Below, one piece after another: positions 26,675 through 37,352 of a stretch of DNA of 64,000 bases. The stretch covers positions 35,804-99,803 of the forward strand of contig CAWAYJ010000020.1 in assembly GCA_963786235.1 (NCBI GenBank). Direction: 5' to 3'. The translations under genes were made by a program, and so were the position numbers. The notes below the pieces were generated by a model. That model was given only the letters and a program-made list of their open reading frames with translations, did not search any database and had not been told where the DNA came from. The first letter of the stretch is position 1, and each line of letters opens with the position of its first letter. The stretch is from an uncultured Gemmatimonadales bacterium. Lineage in GTDB: Bacteria > Gemmatimonadota > Gemmatimonadetes > Longimicrobiales > RSA9.

Positions 26675-29600
26675 TCAGGCCGGAGCGACCGCCAGGGCCT
26701 CGAGCCGCTTCCGGTCCAGGCGCCGTTCGAGCAGGAAGTAGAGCGCGGGCGTCACGCTCAGCACCAGGATCGTCGAGCTGGCCAGCCCGCCGATCAGCGT
26801 GTACGCGAGCGCGTTCCAGATGTTGGCGTTCGCGCTCGGACTGAAGAGCACGAGCGGGAGCAGCCCGCAGATCGTGGTGAGGCTTGTCATGAGGATCGGC
26901 CGGACCCGTTCGAGCGTGCCTTTCACCAGTGCGTCCTTCAGCGCCATGCCGTGTTTTCGCCGGAGCTGGTTCACATGGTCCACCAGCAGGATCGCGTTGT
27001 TCACCACGATGCCCGCCATCATGATCACGCCAATGTAGGCCTCGCGCGTGAAGCTCGCGTTCGCGTAGAAGAACACGAGGAACACGCCGACCAGTGCCAT
27101 CGGTACCGTCAGCAGCACGCAGAACGGCTGCCGTAGCGACTCGAATACCGCCGCCGTCACCATGTAGATCAGGATGATGGCAACGATGGTCACGCCCCAG
27201 ATCGCTTGCTTCTCCTCCGCGGACCAACTCCAGACCTGGCGCTCCTCGATGGTGTAACCGGGCGGCAGGCTGGTGGCGTCGAGCACGGTCTCGAGGACCT
27301 TGTCGCCCAGCTTGTTCGGGCCGCGGAACTCGTAGCTCACGATGCGCTGGTACTGCTGGTTTTCGCGGATGACCTGGTTCAGGACCTGGCGCTCGGTGAT
27401 CGTCGCGATGTCGGAGAGCCGCACGCCTTCTCGCGCTGACATGGTCGGGATCAGCAGCTCCTGCAGCTTGTGCACGTCGAGGTCGCGCGCGCCGTTGAGC
27501 TTGACCTCCAGCCGCATCTCGTCGCCCGCCACCCGCATGTTTCCGGTCTGGTTGCGACCGTAGATGGCGGCGGCGACGTAGCGGACCACGTCCTGCGTGG
27601 TCAGGTCGTGGAGCGCCACGCGGGACCGGTCCACCTGCACCACGATCTCCGTGGCCTTGTCCCGGTTGAAGAAGCTGCCCGCGGAATTGGTGTCCACATC
27701 GCGGATCCGCGAGAAGCGGCGCAGGCGGCTCGCGATGTCCTCCGCGATCAGCCGGACTTCCTCGTAGTTGTAGCCCAGGATCTTGATCGAGTAGTTGGGC
27801 GAGGTGCCGCCGCTGCTGCCGTAGAACGACGGCCCGAATCCCTGCACGCGCACGTCGGTGCCACCGAACTGCAGGCTGTACTGGACCAGCTGCTCCTTGA
27901 TGGCCGGCGGAATCGCCGAGTACTGGAGCGAGTCCGGGAACGTGACGTGGATGGTCGCCCGCTGGGGGGAGATCTGCGAGGTGAACTGGTCGATCTCCGG
28001 CATCTGACGGAGGCGGGCCTCGAAGAAGCGCGCAAGGTCGTCCGTCTCGGCCAGCTCCTCGCCCCGCGGCTGCATGATGTAGATATCGATCGCGTCCTTT
28101 TGATCGCCCCAGCTGCCCCAGATCACGCCGCGGTTCACGTACTTGTCGAACAGGTGCCAGGACAAGCCCAGCGCCACCAGGGCGATGGTCACCGTGATCC
28201 ACGGCCGCTTCAGCGAAAAGCGGATCAGACCGCCGTAGATGCGGCGGTAGAGAGGCGGGCGCGCGTCCGGCCCCGCGCCGTGCAGTCCGGGTGGGCGAGT
28301 GAGAATGCGCGCGGCGAGGGACGGGATGAAGGTGAAGGCCACGGCCATGCTGGCGAGCAGGCTGATCCCGACGACGAGGGCGAGCGGCAGGTAGTAGATG
28401 CGCAATTCGCCCTGGAGGTACACGAACGGGATGAGCACTACGACCGTCGTTCCGGTGGCGGCCAGCACCGCCAGCAGGACCTCGCCGGCGCCGTGCGTTG
28501 CGGCATCGACCGGTCCCTCTCCCGCCATGCGTTTCCGGTAGGTGTTCTCGAGCACAACGATCGCGTTGTCCACGACCAGCCCGAACCCCATCGCCAGGCC
28601 CATCAGTGTCAGCAGGTTCAGCGTGAACCCCGCGAAGTACATCACGTTGACCGTGATGAGAACGGCGAAGCCGACGGTGGCGAAGACGATGCCGGCGGCG
28701 CTGAGGGATTGGAGGAACAGGATCAGCACGAGGAACACGATCGCGGCGGAAATGAGCGCGCGTGTGCGGAGATCACTCAGCTGCTTCCGGATGTCCTTGC
28801 TCTGGTCGTAGTCGAGCAGGATGCGTGTGCTCGGCGGATGCGCGTTCTCCATCTGCGCCAGCCGTTCCTTGACCTTGTCGGCGGTGGCGACGGCGTTTGA
28901 GCGGGGCGCCCGGATGATCTGGAACGACACCGCTGGTTGGCCGTCGATCCGGTAGTAGCTGATCGGCTCCTCGTACGTCTCGCGCACCTCGCCGACGTCG
29001 GCGATCCGTACGACCCGGCCCGCGTCCATGAGGACCGGCAGGTTTCGCACCTGCTCCGCGGACTCGGTGCGGTCGCGGATCGACAGGGTGCGGAGCAGCC
29101 CGTCCCCCGTCAGCACCGAGCCGGCCTCTGCTACGATCTCCATCGCCTGGACCCGGGCCCGGACGACCTCGGGCCGCAGACCGAGCGCGCGGATCTTGTT
29201 CTCATCCAGCTCGACCTCGAGGATGCGGGCGCGACCGCCGTACGCACGCACCTCGCCCACACCCTCAACCTGCCTGAGCTCGGGCTCGATCACGTCATCA
29301 ATGTGTTGCCGCAGCGCCTCCAGCGTGTAGGGCCCCGTCATCGTGTACGAGAGGAGCGGCTGGTACATCTTCTGGAACTCGTCCGGAACGTACGGCTGGA
29401 CGTTGGTCCGGACGCCGACCGGGAGCTGCTCCTCGACGGACGCGATCCGCTCGGACAGCTCGAGCCGCGCGAACTCCATGTCGGTGTCGAGGCCGAACTC
29501 CATCGTGATGGTGGCTGTGCCCTCGCTCGACGTGGACGTCACCTTCTCCACACCCCGGACCTGCTGCACGGCCGCCTCGAGCGGCGCCGTGGCCAGCGCC

Positions 29601-29776
29601 TCGACGACCTCGGGCGAGCTGCCCGCCCACGAGAGGTTGACCGAGAGCTTCGGCAGATCCGCATCGGGCAACTGCTCGAGCGGGATGTTTCGCCAGGATG
29701 CGATGCCCAGCGCGGCGACCGTCAGGTACGCCATGGTGACCGTGACCGGCCGTCTGATGATGGTCTTGATCATCAT
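26675..29776 (-). CDS. RND efflux permease (second subunit)
   Basis: 1033 aa; GLVVDNAIVVLEN, GIVVNNAILLVD, RVRPILMT. Confidence 0.92.
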   Translation of the reverse strand: MMIKTIIRRPVTVTMAYLTVAALGIASWRNIPLEQLPDADLPKLSVNLSWAGSSPEVVEALATAPLEAAVQQVRGVEKVTSTSSEGTATITMEFGLDTDMEFARLELSERIASVEEQLPVGVRTNVQPYVPDEFQKMYQPLLSYTMTGPYTLEALRQHIDDVIEPELRQVEGVGEVRAYGGRARILEVELDENKIRALGLRPEVVRARVQAMEIVAEAGSVLTGDGLLRTLSIRDRTESAEQVRNLPVLMDAGRVVRIADVGEVRETYEEPISYYRIDGQPAVSFQIIRAPRSNAVATADKVKERLAQMENAHPPSTRILLDYDQSKDIRKQLSDLRTRALISAAIVFLVLILFLQSLSAAGIVFATVGFAVLITVNVMYFAGFTLNLLTLMGLAMGFGLVVDNAIVVLENTYRKRMAGEGPVDAATHGAGEVLLAVLAATGTTVVVLIPFVYLQGELRIYYLPLALVVGISLLASMAVAFTFIPSLAARILTRPPGLHGAGPDARPPLYRRIYGGLIRFSLKRPWITVTIALVALGLSWHLFDKYVNRGVIWGSWGDQKDAIDIYIMQPRGEELAETDDLARFFEARLRQMPEIDQFTSQISPQRATIHVTFPDSLQYSAIPPAIKEQLVQYSLQFGGTDVRVQGFGPSFYGSSGGTSPNYSIKILGYNYEEVRLIAEDIASRLRRFSRIRDVDTNSAGSFFNRDKATEIVVQVDRSRVALHDLTTQDVVRYVAAAIYGRNQTGNMRVAGDEMRLEVKLNGARDLDVHKLQELLIPTMSAREGVRLSDIATITERQVLNQVIRENQQYQRIVSYEFRGPNKLGDKVLETVLDATSLPPGYTIEERQVWSWSAEEKQAIWGVTIVAIILIYMVTAAVFESLRQPFCVLLTVPMALVGVFLVFFYANASFTREAYIGVIMMAGIVVNNAILLVDHVNQLRRKHGMALKDALVKGTLERVRPILMTSLTTICGLLPLVLFSPSANANIWNALAYTLIGGLASSTILVLSVTPALYFLLERRLDRKRLEALAVAPA

Positions 29777-32700
29777 CCCTCCGCGACCGGCTCGGGCGGG
29801 GTGCCCGACGGTACCGCCGCGGTTGCGACGCCCCGCTTCGCCAGCTGTCGCTCGCGGAAATCCTCGATCGTCACATAGACGACCGGGATCACGATCAGCG
29901 TGAGCGTGGTCGAGGTCACGAGCCCACCGAAGACGGCCACGGCGAGCGGAGCCTGGAGTCCGCCACCGGCACCGATCCCGAGCATCATGGGCAGGACGCC
30001 CCCCATCGTGGTCAGCGACGTCATGAGGATGGGCCGGAGCCGGGCGCGGCCGGCTTCGACGATCGCCTCGTGCGTGGACAGGCCCCGGGCCTTCAGCTGG
30101 ATGGTGTAGTCGATCTTCACCACGGCGTCGTTCACGCAGATCCCGATGAGGATCACGATGCCGATCATGCTGATCGTGTTGATGCCGGCGCCGGCGATCC
30201 AGAGCGCCACCAGCGCGCCGATCAGCGAGAGCGGCACGCTGAGCAGGATCGTGAACGGGTGGACGAACGACTCGAACTCGGCGGCCAGGATCATGTAGAC
30301 CAGCAACAGCGCCAGCATGAACGCGAAGGCGAGGTCGCGGAAGCTCTGCCGCATCTCCTCGTTCTCGCCGCCGATGTCCACGCGGAGCCCCTGCGGCACC
30401 GGCGTCGCGGCCAGCGCGGTCCGCACCGCGGTCACCGCGCCGTCCACGTCGCCCGTGGTCACGTCCGCCAGCACGGGCACGACCCGCTTCTGGTCAATGC
30501 GCTGGATCTCGAGCGGGCCGACCGACGGATCGACCGTCACCAGGTCGCGGAGCGGAATGCCGTTCACGAAGAGCGTGTTCAGCGTCTCGAGCGAGCGACG
30601 CTGCTCCTCCGGGAGCCGGACCACCACGTCGATCTTGCGGTCGAATGCGACGAACTTGGTCGCCACGCGCCCGCGCATGTGGTCTTCGATGGTGCGCGCG
30701 ATCGTGCCGGCCTCGAGGCCGAACGTCGCCGCCCGGTCCCGGTCGATGCGGATCAGGTACTCCGGCTGTCCGAGCTCGGTCGCGATCCGCACGTTCGTCA
30801 CTTCCGAGACCGGCTCCAGCTCCTTCCGCACGACCTCCGCGTACGCCAGCGCGGCATCCAGGTCGTCGCCCTGGATCCGGACGGACAGGTCCGCCTCGCT
30901 GCTGCCGAGCAGTTGCCCCAGCTGTGTCGCCTGCCCGGTTTCCAGCGTGAGCGCCGCCGTCGGCACGTGGTCCAGCTTCGGCCGCAGCCGGGGGAGCACC
31001 TTCGAGGCGCCCACGCCCTGCCTCAGCACGACCTCGAGCGTCGCCGTATTGAGGTCCGACTCCTCGTCCTGCACTCCCGCGATCGCCGTCTGTTTGCCGA
31101 CCCGGACGAAGACCGCCTCCACGTCCGGATCCATCCGGATGATGCTGTCCAGCCGCTCCGCCGTCGCGCGCGTCACTTCGAGCGGTGTGCCGCGCGGCAG
31201 CTCGAGCTGTGCCCGGAACGAGCTCTGGTCCACGTCCGGCAGGACGGACCGGTTCAGGCTCAGTGCGAGCGGGATCACGAGCACGAACGCCGCCGCCGCC
31301 ATCAGCATCACGCGCCGCCGGTGGCTGAGGGCCGCCTGCAGCGTCCGCTCGTACCAATCGGTGAACCGCGCGAACGCCCGGTCGAACGCGTCGAGCGGAC
31401 GTGCCAGCCGGCGGCCGAAGCTCGTCCGCGCGTGCGCGGCCCGCGTTTCGCCCCGGGCCAGCTCGCGTTGCCACCGGGCGGCCATCATCGGGAGCAGCGA
31501 GATCGCCACCACGAGGCTGGCGAGGAGCGAGAAGGCGACCGCGAAGGAGAGCGCCCGGAACAGCTGGCCGGCCACCCCCTGTACGTAGATCACGGGGCCG
31601 AACACCGCCACCGTGGTCAGGGTCGAGGCGAGCAGCGCCCGCTGCAGCTCCTCCGTGCTGACCGCGGCCGCGGCGGCGGCCGCGAGGCCCTTCTCCTCGC
31701 GGTGCCGCACGAAGTTCTCCAGCACCACGATCGAATTGTCCACCAGCATGCCGGCGCCCAGCGCCAGGCCGCCAAGGCTCATGATGTTGAGCGTCACGTT
31801 CGCGGCGTCGAGTAGCGCGAACGTTGCGATCACGGAGATCGGGATGGCCAGCGCGATCGCGATCGGGTAGCGCAGGTCACGCAGGAACAGGAAGAGCACG
31901 AGGAAGGCGAGCACCGAGCCGAGAACCAGGTTCTGCACCAGGTTCGAGATGGCGGACGTGATGAATCCGGCCTGGTTCATCGCCGTCTCGATCGTGACCT
32001 GGTCGAACTGCTGGCGCAGCTCGGCCACGACGTTGTCGACCTCGTGCGTCACGCTTACCGTGTTCGCGCCCGCTTCCTTGAAGATCAGCAGCCCGAGCGC
32101 CTCCTTGCCGTTGTACGTCGCGCTGGACTCGCGATCCTTGAACCCGTCCTCGACCGTGGCGACATCGCGCACGAGCACCCGGCCGCGGGTCGAGCCGTCG
32201 GTCCCCTGCGCGCCCTGGAGCAGCACGATGTTCTGGATGCTCTCGACGGCCTGCAGCTGGCCGAGCGTGCGCAGCGGATAGCGGAACTGGCCGCGCCGGA
32301 TGGTGCCGCTCCCGCCCTGCGCGTTGGCGGCGTCGAGCGCCTGCGAGAGCTGGTCGATAGTAAGGCCATAGCTGTCCAGCCGCTGCTGGTTCACGTCCAC
32401 GTGGATCTCGCGCTCAAGCCCGCCCGTGAGGGAGGCCTGCGCCACGCCGTCGATCTGCTCGAGCCGGCGCCGGAACACGTTTTCCGTCAGGTCCTGCAGC
32501 TCGGCCAGGTCGAAGTCCGCCGCGATGCTGAGCGCCATGATCGGCTCGCTGCGCGGGTCCTGGCGCAGCACCGTGGGCCGCTCGGCCGTCTCCGGGAGCG
32601 AGGACCGGAGGCCGTCCACTTTCTCCCGCACGTTGAGCGCGGCGAAGTCCATGTCCGTGCCCCAGGCGAAGCGCAGGAACACGAGTGACAGGCCCTCACG

Positions 32701-32952
32701 AGTGAAGCTCTCCACCCGCTCGATGCCGGGCACCGTGCTGACCGCACGTTCGACCGGCTCGGTGATGAAGTGTTCGACCTCCGCCGGACCGACCTCCGGG
32801 TAACTCGTGTGCACGACCAGCCGCGGGTACGCGACGTCCGGCAGCAGATCCACCGGCAGGCGGCGGAAGGACAGGAGGCCGAGGAACACCACCGCGATGA
32901 AGAACATCGAGACGGCGACGGGCCGCGCAATGGAAGTGCGGGGAATCGACAT
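29773..32952 (-). CDS. RND efflux permease (first subunit)
   Basis: 1059 aa; LPVDLLPD, GMLVDNSIVVLEN, RLRPILMT. Confidence 0.92.
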   Translation of the reverse strand: MSIPRTSIARPVAVSMFFIAVVFLGLLSFRRLPVDLLPDVAYPRLVVHTSYPEVGPAEVEHFITEPVERAVSTVPGIERVESFTREGLSLVFLRFAWGTDMDFAALNVREKVDGLRSSLPETAERPTVLRQDPRSEPIMALSIAADFDLAELQDLTENVFRRRLEQIDGVAQASLTGGLEREIHVDVNQQRLDSYGLTIDQLSQALDAANAQGGSGTIRRGQFRYPLRTLGQLQAVESIQNIVLLQGAQGTDGSTRGRVLVRDVATVEDGFKDRESSATYNGKEALGLLIFKEAGANTVSVTHEVDNVVAELRQQFDQVTIETAMNQAGFITSAISNLVQNLVLGSVLAFLVLFLFLRDLRYPIAIALAIPISVIATFALLDAANVTLNIMSLGGLALGAGMLVDNSIVVLENFVRHREEKGLAAAAAAAVSTEELQRALLASTLTTVAVFGPVIYVQGVAGQLFRALSFAVAFSLLASLVVAISLLPMMAARWQRELARGETRAAHARTSFGRRLARPLDAFDRAFARFTDWYERTLQAALSHRRRVMLMAAAAFVLVIPLALSLNRSVLPDVDQSSFRAQLELPRGTPLEVTRATAERLDSIIRMDPDVEAVFVRVGKQTAIAGVQDEESDLNTATLEVVLRQGVGASKVLPRLRPKLDHVPTAALTLETGQATQLGQLLGSSEADLSVRIQGDDLDAALAYAEVVRKELEPVSEVTNVRIATELGQPEYLIRIDRDRAATFGLEAGTIARTIEDHMRGRVATKFVAFDRKIDVVVRLPEEQRRSLETLNTLFVNGIPLRDLVTVDPSVGPLEIQRIDQKRVVPVLADVTTGDVDGAVTAVRTALAATPVPQGLRVDIGGENEEMRQSFRDLAFAFMLALLLVYMILAAEFESFVHPFTILLSVPLSLIGALVALWIAGAGINTISMIGIVILIGICVNDAVVKIDYTIQLKARGLSTHEAIVEAGRARLRPILMTSLTTMGGVLPMMLGIGAGGGLQAPLAVAVFGGLVTSTTLTLIVIPVVYVTIEDFRERQLAKRGVATAAVPSGTPPEPVAEG

Positions 32953-32955
32953 GGT

Positions 32956-34320
32956 TCAGTTTCCGATCGGGGCGCCGAGCTTCTCTTCGAGACCGACACG
33001 GACGTTCAGGAACGTGAAGCGAGCCTCGACCACCTGGCGCTGCGCGGTCGCGTCGTTGTTGATGACCTGCTGGAACTGCAGGAAGGTGAGCGACCCAGCC
33101 CGTAGCTGCTCCTCGGCCAGGCTGACCTGCTGGGCGCTGATCGTGGCGATTTCCTCGTTGGCGCGGAGCCGGCGGTACGCCTGCTCCAGGTCGGCGAGTC
33201 CGGCGCGGACGTCGTGCTCGATGGACAGCCGGGCGCTACGCAGATCCTGAGCCCTGTCTTCGGCCGTCGCCTCGGCGTTCGCGATCTGCGACGAGGTCTG
33301 GAAGCGGGTGAAGAGAGGCAGGCTGATCGACAGGCCGAACCCGTAGCCGTGGTTCAGCGGGTTGAACTCGCCAATGGCGCCGTATCCGGTCTGGCTGGTC
33401 GACCGGCTGTAGCCGAAGTTGCCCGTGATGGATGGCCACCGGCTCCCGCGCGCCGCACCGGCCTGGCTCCTCGCCGCGGCCAGCGCCGCTTCGTTCTGCC
33501 GGACCATGGGGCTCACCGAGCGGGCTCGCTCGACGAGCGCGTCCGCATCGAGCGCGCTCGCGTCGAAGACGGCGGGCTGATCGTCGGCGAGGTCGAACTC
33601 GACGTCGCTCTCGAGTCCGATCACCTGGCGGAGCGCGAGCCGCGACTTCCGCGCCTCGGTCTCGGCCGCGAGCAGCGACTGCTCCGCGTTGATCACGGAG
33701 CGCCGCGCCTCGAGCAGATCGACCTGGCTGGCCACCGCGAGCCGGAACCGATCCTCCGTGTTCTGCAGCCTGCTCCGCGCCGCCTCCAGGTTGTTGCGCT
33801 CGACCTCGGCCAGCATGTCCCGCCGCACCGCGTCGTAGAACGTGCGCGTCACGCCCGCGTCGAGCGAAGCGACCGTGGCGTTGATCGTGGCTTCGGCCTG
33901 CCGTTCTCCCGCCCGCGCGGCCGAGAGTTGCCGGAACATCCGGCCGCCATCGAAGAGCGTGAACCCGAGGCTCACGCTCTGGCTCGCGCTGCTGCCCTGG
34001 TAGGTGATCGGATCCGCGAGCCGGACCGGCTGGCCGTAGTCGTTGTCGCCGGTCACTCTCGTCGACGAATTGCCATTGAACCCCAGCGAGGCGCTGAGGC
34101 TCGGCATGAACGCGCCCCAGCTCTGCCGGACCTGCGCCGACGCGACATCGAGGTCGTTCGACACCTTCCGATAGTCGGGCCCGTACTGCCGGGCCACCCG
34201 GATCGCGTCCTGCAGCGTCAGGACGGCGGGCACCTCCTGGCCGACTTCCTGCGCGGAAACCGGATCGAGCGCGGCGAACGTGCAGGCGAGCACGGCCGCG
34301 AATGCGCTGCGTCGCATCAT
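32956..34320 (-). CDS. TolC-family outer membrane protein
   Basis: Signal peptide, LTLQDAI..A, OEP repeats, SISLPLF. Confidence 0.88.
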   Translation of the reverse strand: MMRRSAFAAVLACTFAALDPVSAQEVGQEVPAVLTLQDAIRVARQYGPDYRKVSNDLDVASAQVRQSWGAFMPSLSASLGFNGNSSTRVTGDNDYGQPVRLADPITYQGSSASQSVSLGFTLFDGGRMFRQLSAARAGERQAEATINATVASLDAGVTRTFYDAVRRDMLAEVERNNLEAARSRLQNTEDRFRLAVASQVDLLEARRSVINAEQSLLAAETEARKSRLALRQVIGLESDVEFDLADDQPAVFDASALDADALVERARSVSPMVRQNEAALAAARSQAGAARGSRWPSITGNFGYSRSTSQTGYGAIGEFNPLNHGYGFGLSISLPLFTRFQTSSQIANAEATAEDRAQDLRSARLSIEHDVRAGLADLEQAYRRLRANEEIATISAQQVSLAEEQLRAGSLTFLQFQQVINNDATAQRQVVEARFTFLNVRVGLEEKLGAPIGN

Positions 34321-34345
34321 GACGGATTCTCCTTGGGACGGATCG

Positions 34346-35551
34346 TCAACGGGGGCGGCCGCCCTCGACCGCGGCGTTCTCGGTCAGCCGGACCGGGGTG
34401 CCGTGCTGGAGCGTGTTCTGGCCGCCGACCAGCACGATCTCGCCGGCCTTGACGGTGCCGATGCCGGGCTCGGGATTCTCGATGATCTGGACGTACTTCG
34501 AATTGCGCTGGCCGGGCGTCACGTAGCGCCACTCCGCCGTCCCCTCCGTGCCCTCGCCATTGAACACGAAGAGCATCGTGCGGCGGTCGACCTCACGCTC
34601 GAGGATCGCGCTCACCGGCACCAGGAGGCAGTCGGGAATGTGGCGTGCGTCGAGGACCACGTTCGCGTACATGCCCGGCAGGATCCGGGCATCCGGGTTC
34701 GGCAGGGACACCGTGACCTTGCCGTGCCGCAGCACGTCGTCCACCAGGGGGTTGATGGTCTCGATGCGGCCGTGGAATGTCTCGCCCGGGAACGCCGAGA
34801 ACGTGAGGACCGCGCCGCCCCCGGCCTTCAGCTTGCCGACATCGGCCTCCAGCACGTCCACCTCGACCCGGATCGGGTTGAGGTCGAGCACCGTCATCAA
34901 CTCGTCGCCGACGTTGACCTGCTGACCCGGCACGACCTTGACGCTGGCGACTCGCCCGCCGAACGGTGCGGTGACGTGCGTACGCGCGAGCGCGAGCTCG
35001 CTCCGGCGTACCGCGATCTCGGCCTGGTCGATCCCGGCCTTGATCCGCGCGTTCCGCTGGCGCTCCGCCTTGATCAGCGTGTCCGCGCCCACCAGCTGGT
35101 CATCCCCAATGGTCAGCTCCCGGAACGTTGACTGGGCCCGCTCCAGACTCGCCCGAGCCTCGTCGAGCGAAAGCCGGCTCTCCGTCGAGTCGATCAGCAC
35201 CAGGAGCGAGCCCGTCCCGACCGGCGTATTGTCACGCACCGGCACCGCCTGGACCTGGCCGCCCACCTGCGCCTTGATGACCGCGCTTCGCGGGGAAACG
35301 GCTTGCCCGGACGCCTGCACTTCGAGAATCAGATCGCCCCGGACCACCTGGGCGCCTTCTACCGGGATCGCCATGTCGGTCGAGAACGCATCCGTGGCCG
35401 AGTTCGCCACCGCCTCCCCGTTGTCCGATGACGAGTCGCCGCCCGCCGCGGGGGTGGGCGCGGGCCTCAGCCGCCACCACACGCCGGCGCCGGCCAGACC
35501 GAGGATCACTATGACGATCAGGAAGCCGAACAGCTTTCGCGGGAACCTCAT
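34346..35551 (-). CDS. RND efflux periplasmic adaptor (MFP)
   Basis: N-terminal TM, VTAPFGGRV, ILPGMYA, GEIVLV.G. Confidence 0.9.
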   Translation of the reverse strand: MRFPRKLFGFLIVIVILGLAGAGVWWRLRPAPTPAAGGDSSSDNGEAVANSATDAFSTDMAIPVEGAQVVRGDLILEVQASGQAVSPRSAVIKAQVGGQVQAVPVRDNTPVGTGSLLVLIDSTESRLSLDEARASLERAQSTFRELTIGDDQLVGADTLIKAERQRNARIKAGIDQAEIAVRRSELALARTHVTAPFGGRVASVKVVPGQQVNVGDELMTVLDLNPIRVEVDVLEADVGKLKAGGGAVLTFSAFPGETFHGRIETINPLVDDVLRHGKVTVSLPNPDARILPGMYANVVLDARHIPDCLLVPVSAILEREVDRRTMLFVFNGEGTEGTAEWRYVTPGQRNSKYVQIIENPEPGIGTVKAGEIVLVGGQNTLQHGTPVRLTENAAVEGGRPR

Positions 35552-36326
35552 TGTGCGGTCCGTTCGAGAGTGTGGAACTCGCGGTCGGCCCGGGTTCTCC
35601 GGACCTCGTCCGTGGCTGCAACTATAATGATCATTGATGGCCTCCGCCGAAAGTGCGGATCGGGGTCGATTCCATGCCCCGCGCGGTCATCAGCTTCGTC
35701 GGCCGGGAACGGCCGGACCTCGACGTGCCCGATGCCCGGTTCCGGGTCCGTTTCGAACCGTTCGGCGACTCCCCACGCCGCCTCCATCTCCCCTTCCTCG
35801 AGCCCCCGTGGCGCCCGCGGACTCGCCCTTCCGTTCGCTTCGCCGACAGCCAACCCACCCCTTTGATGCCGCGAGGCGCCCCCCACGTTGCCGGCGCCGA
35901 TCCGCCAGGCCTGCCGCCGCCCGACATGCGCCTCATCAGGGAGGCCGTAAGCGTTTACATATAAGGCACTTACCGGATTCGTCCGAAACCGGCTGGCCCC
36001 GATAGACAACAGGGGTCGACGACGGCGCCGAATTCCACGAACGGATACGTGTGCGTCGGTCGTTTCATTCGATCGCACGACGATGCGATGGGTTCGTGGT
36101 GCGCGCTGCATCACGATGCGCGGAGTTGCGCCCGACGGCGTCGCGCTCCGACGTCGCGGTGGAACGTGATGCCACTGCAGGTGCGGTGGATGTTCACTCA
36201 CTCCAACAAGGAGAGAAGCCGTGAAGAAGCCGGCGAACAAGGCGACGAAGAAGGCCGCCGCGGCGCCGGTCGCGCCCCCGCTCCGGCGATGCAGGACGCT
36301 TCGTCGAACGAAAGGAGAGCAGCGCG

Positions 36327-36359
36327 CGAAAGCGCCGCGGCCTGGCCGTGGCGCTTTCG
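36327..36359. terminator. 15-bp hairpin, terminator-like
   Basis: CGAAAGCGCCGCGGC-ctg-GCCGTGGCGCTTTCG (one G-U pair). Confidence 0.55.
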
Positions 36360-36442
36360 TGTCGCCGGTCGGGTGCCGCGAGCGGGGTTCGCGGGTACAC
36401 GTTGCGGACGAAGACGAACGTGGCGGTAACGAGGAGCTGGCT

Positions 36443-37288
36443 GTGACGGACTCGATGCTGGATGTACCCGGTGCCGATTTCGGGCGGACCGTGGCGGAGC
36501 GATTCGCGCGGCGTGTCGAGATCAACGTGCCAGCGCGCTCGGGCCAGCGGCTGCAGGCGCTGATTGCGCGAGTGAACGCGGACGACGACTTGTACGCGTC
36601 CTGGCTCGTGGCCAATGTCAACGCGATCGAGCGCCTCGGCATGACGGACCACGGGCCGGTCCACGTGAAGATCGTGATGAACCTGGCGACGAAGCTCTAC
36701 CGGTTGCTCGTCGAGGGAGGCGTCCAGCCCGGTGTGGTCACGAACTGGGGAATGGACGCGGCGGACGGCGAGGTCGTGGTGGCGGCAGCGGCGCTGCTGC
36801 ACGACACCGGCATGAGCATCCACCGGCCCGACCACGAGACGTTCTCGCTCTTCCTCGCCCACGCCAAGCTCGGCGAGCTGCTGAAAGGCATCTACGGCGC
36901 GCGCGAAGCGACCATCATCCGCTCCGAGGTGCTGCACGCGATCATCGCGCACCGCTCGGGCGGCAAGCCGCTCACCCTGGAGGCCGGCGTGGTGCGCGTC
37001 GCCGATGCGCTGGACATGGCGAAGGGTCGTTCCCGCATCCCGTTCGCGGCGGGTTCCTCGAGCATCCACTCCATCTCGGCCGCGGCCATCGAGGCCGTGT
37101 CGCTCGAGCACGGCGACGACCTGCCCGTGCGTGTGCGCATCGAGATGTCCAATTCAGCGGGCGTGTTCCAGCTCGACCAGCTGTTCCGCGAGAAGCTGTC
37201 GGGCAGCGGCCTCGAAGCCTACGTGGAGCTGGTGGCGAACATCTCGGGCGAGGGGGAGAAATCGCTGGTCACGGAGTTCAGGATTTGA
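36443..37288 (+). CDS. HD-superfamily phosphohydrolase
   Basis: [24 protein letters not shown]; GAGGAG RBS before GTG 36443. Confidence 0.85.
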   Translation: MTDSMLDVPGADFGRTVAERFARRVEINVPARSGQRLQALIARVNADDDLYASWLVANVNAIERLGMTDHGPVHVKIVMNLATKLYRLLVEGGVQPGVVTNWGMDAADGEVVVAAAALLHDTGMSIHRPDHETFSLFLAHAKLGELLKGIYGAREATIIRSEVLHAIIAHRSGGKPLTLEAGVVRVADALDMAKGRSRIPFAAGSSSIHSISAAAIEAVSLEHGDDLPVRVRIEMSNSAGVFQLDQLFREKLSGSGLEAYVELVANISGEGEKSLVTEFRI

Positions 37289-37352
37289 GGGGATTCGGGA
37301 GGCGGAGGCGGAGGCGTTCGCGGGAGGGTTTGCGTTGGCGGGAGCGGGAAGG

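Noticed and set aside
35570-36005. Short ORFs on both strands in the large intergenic region
   Set aside because: No RBS, no recognisable motif, composition not protein-like
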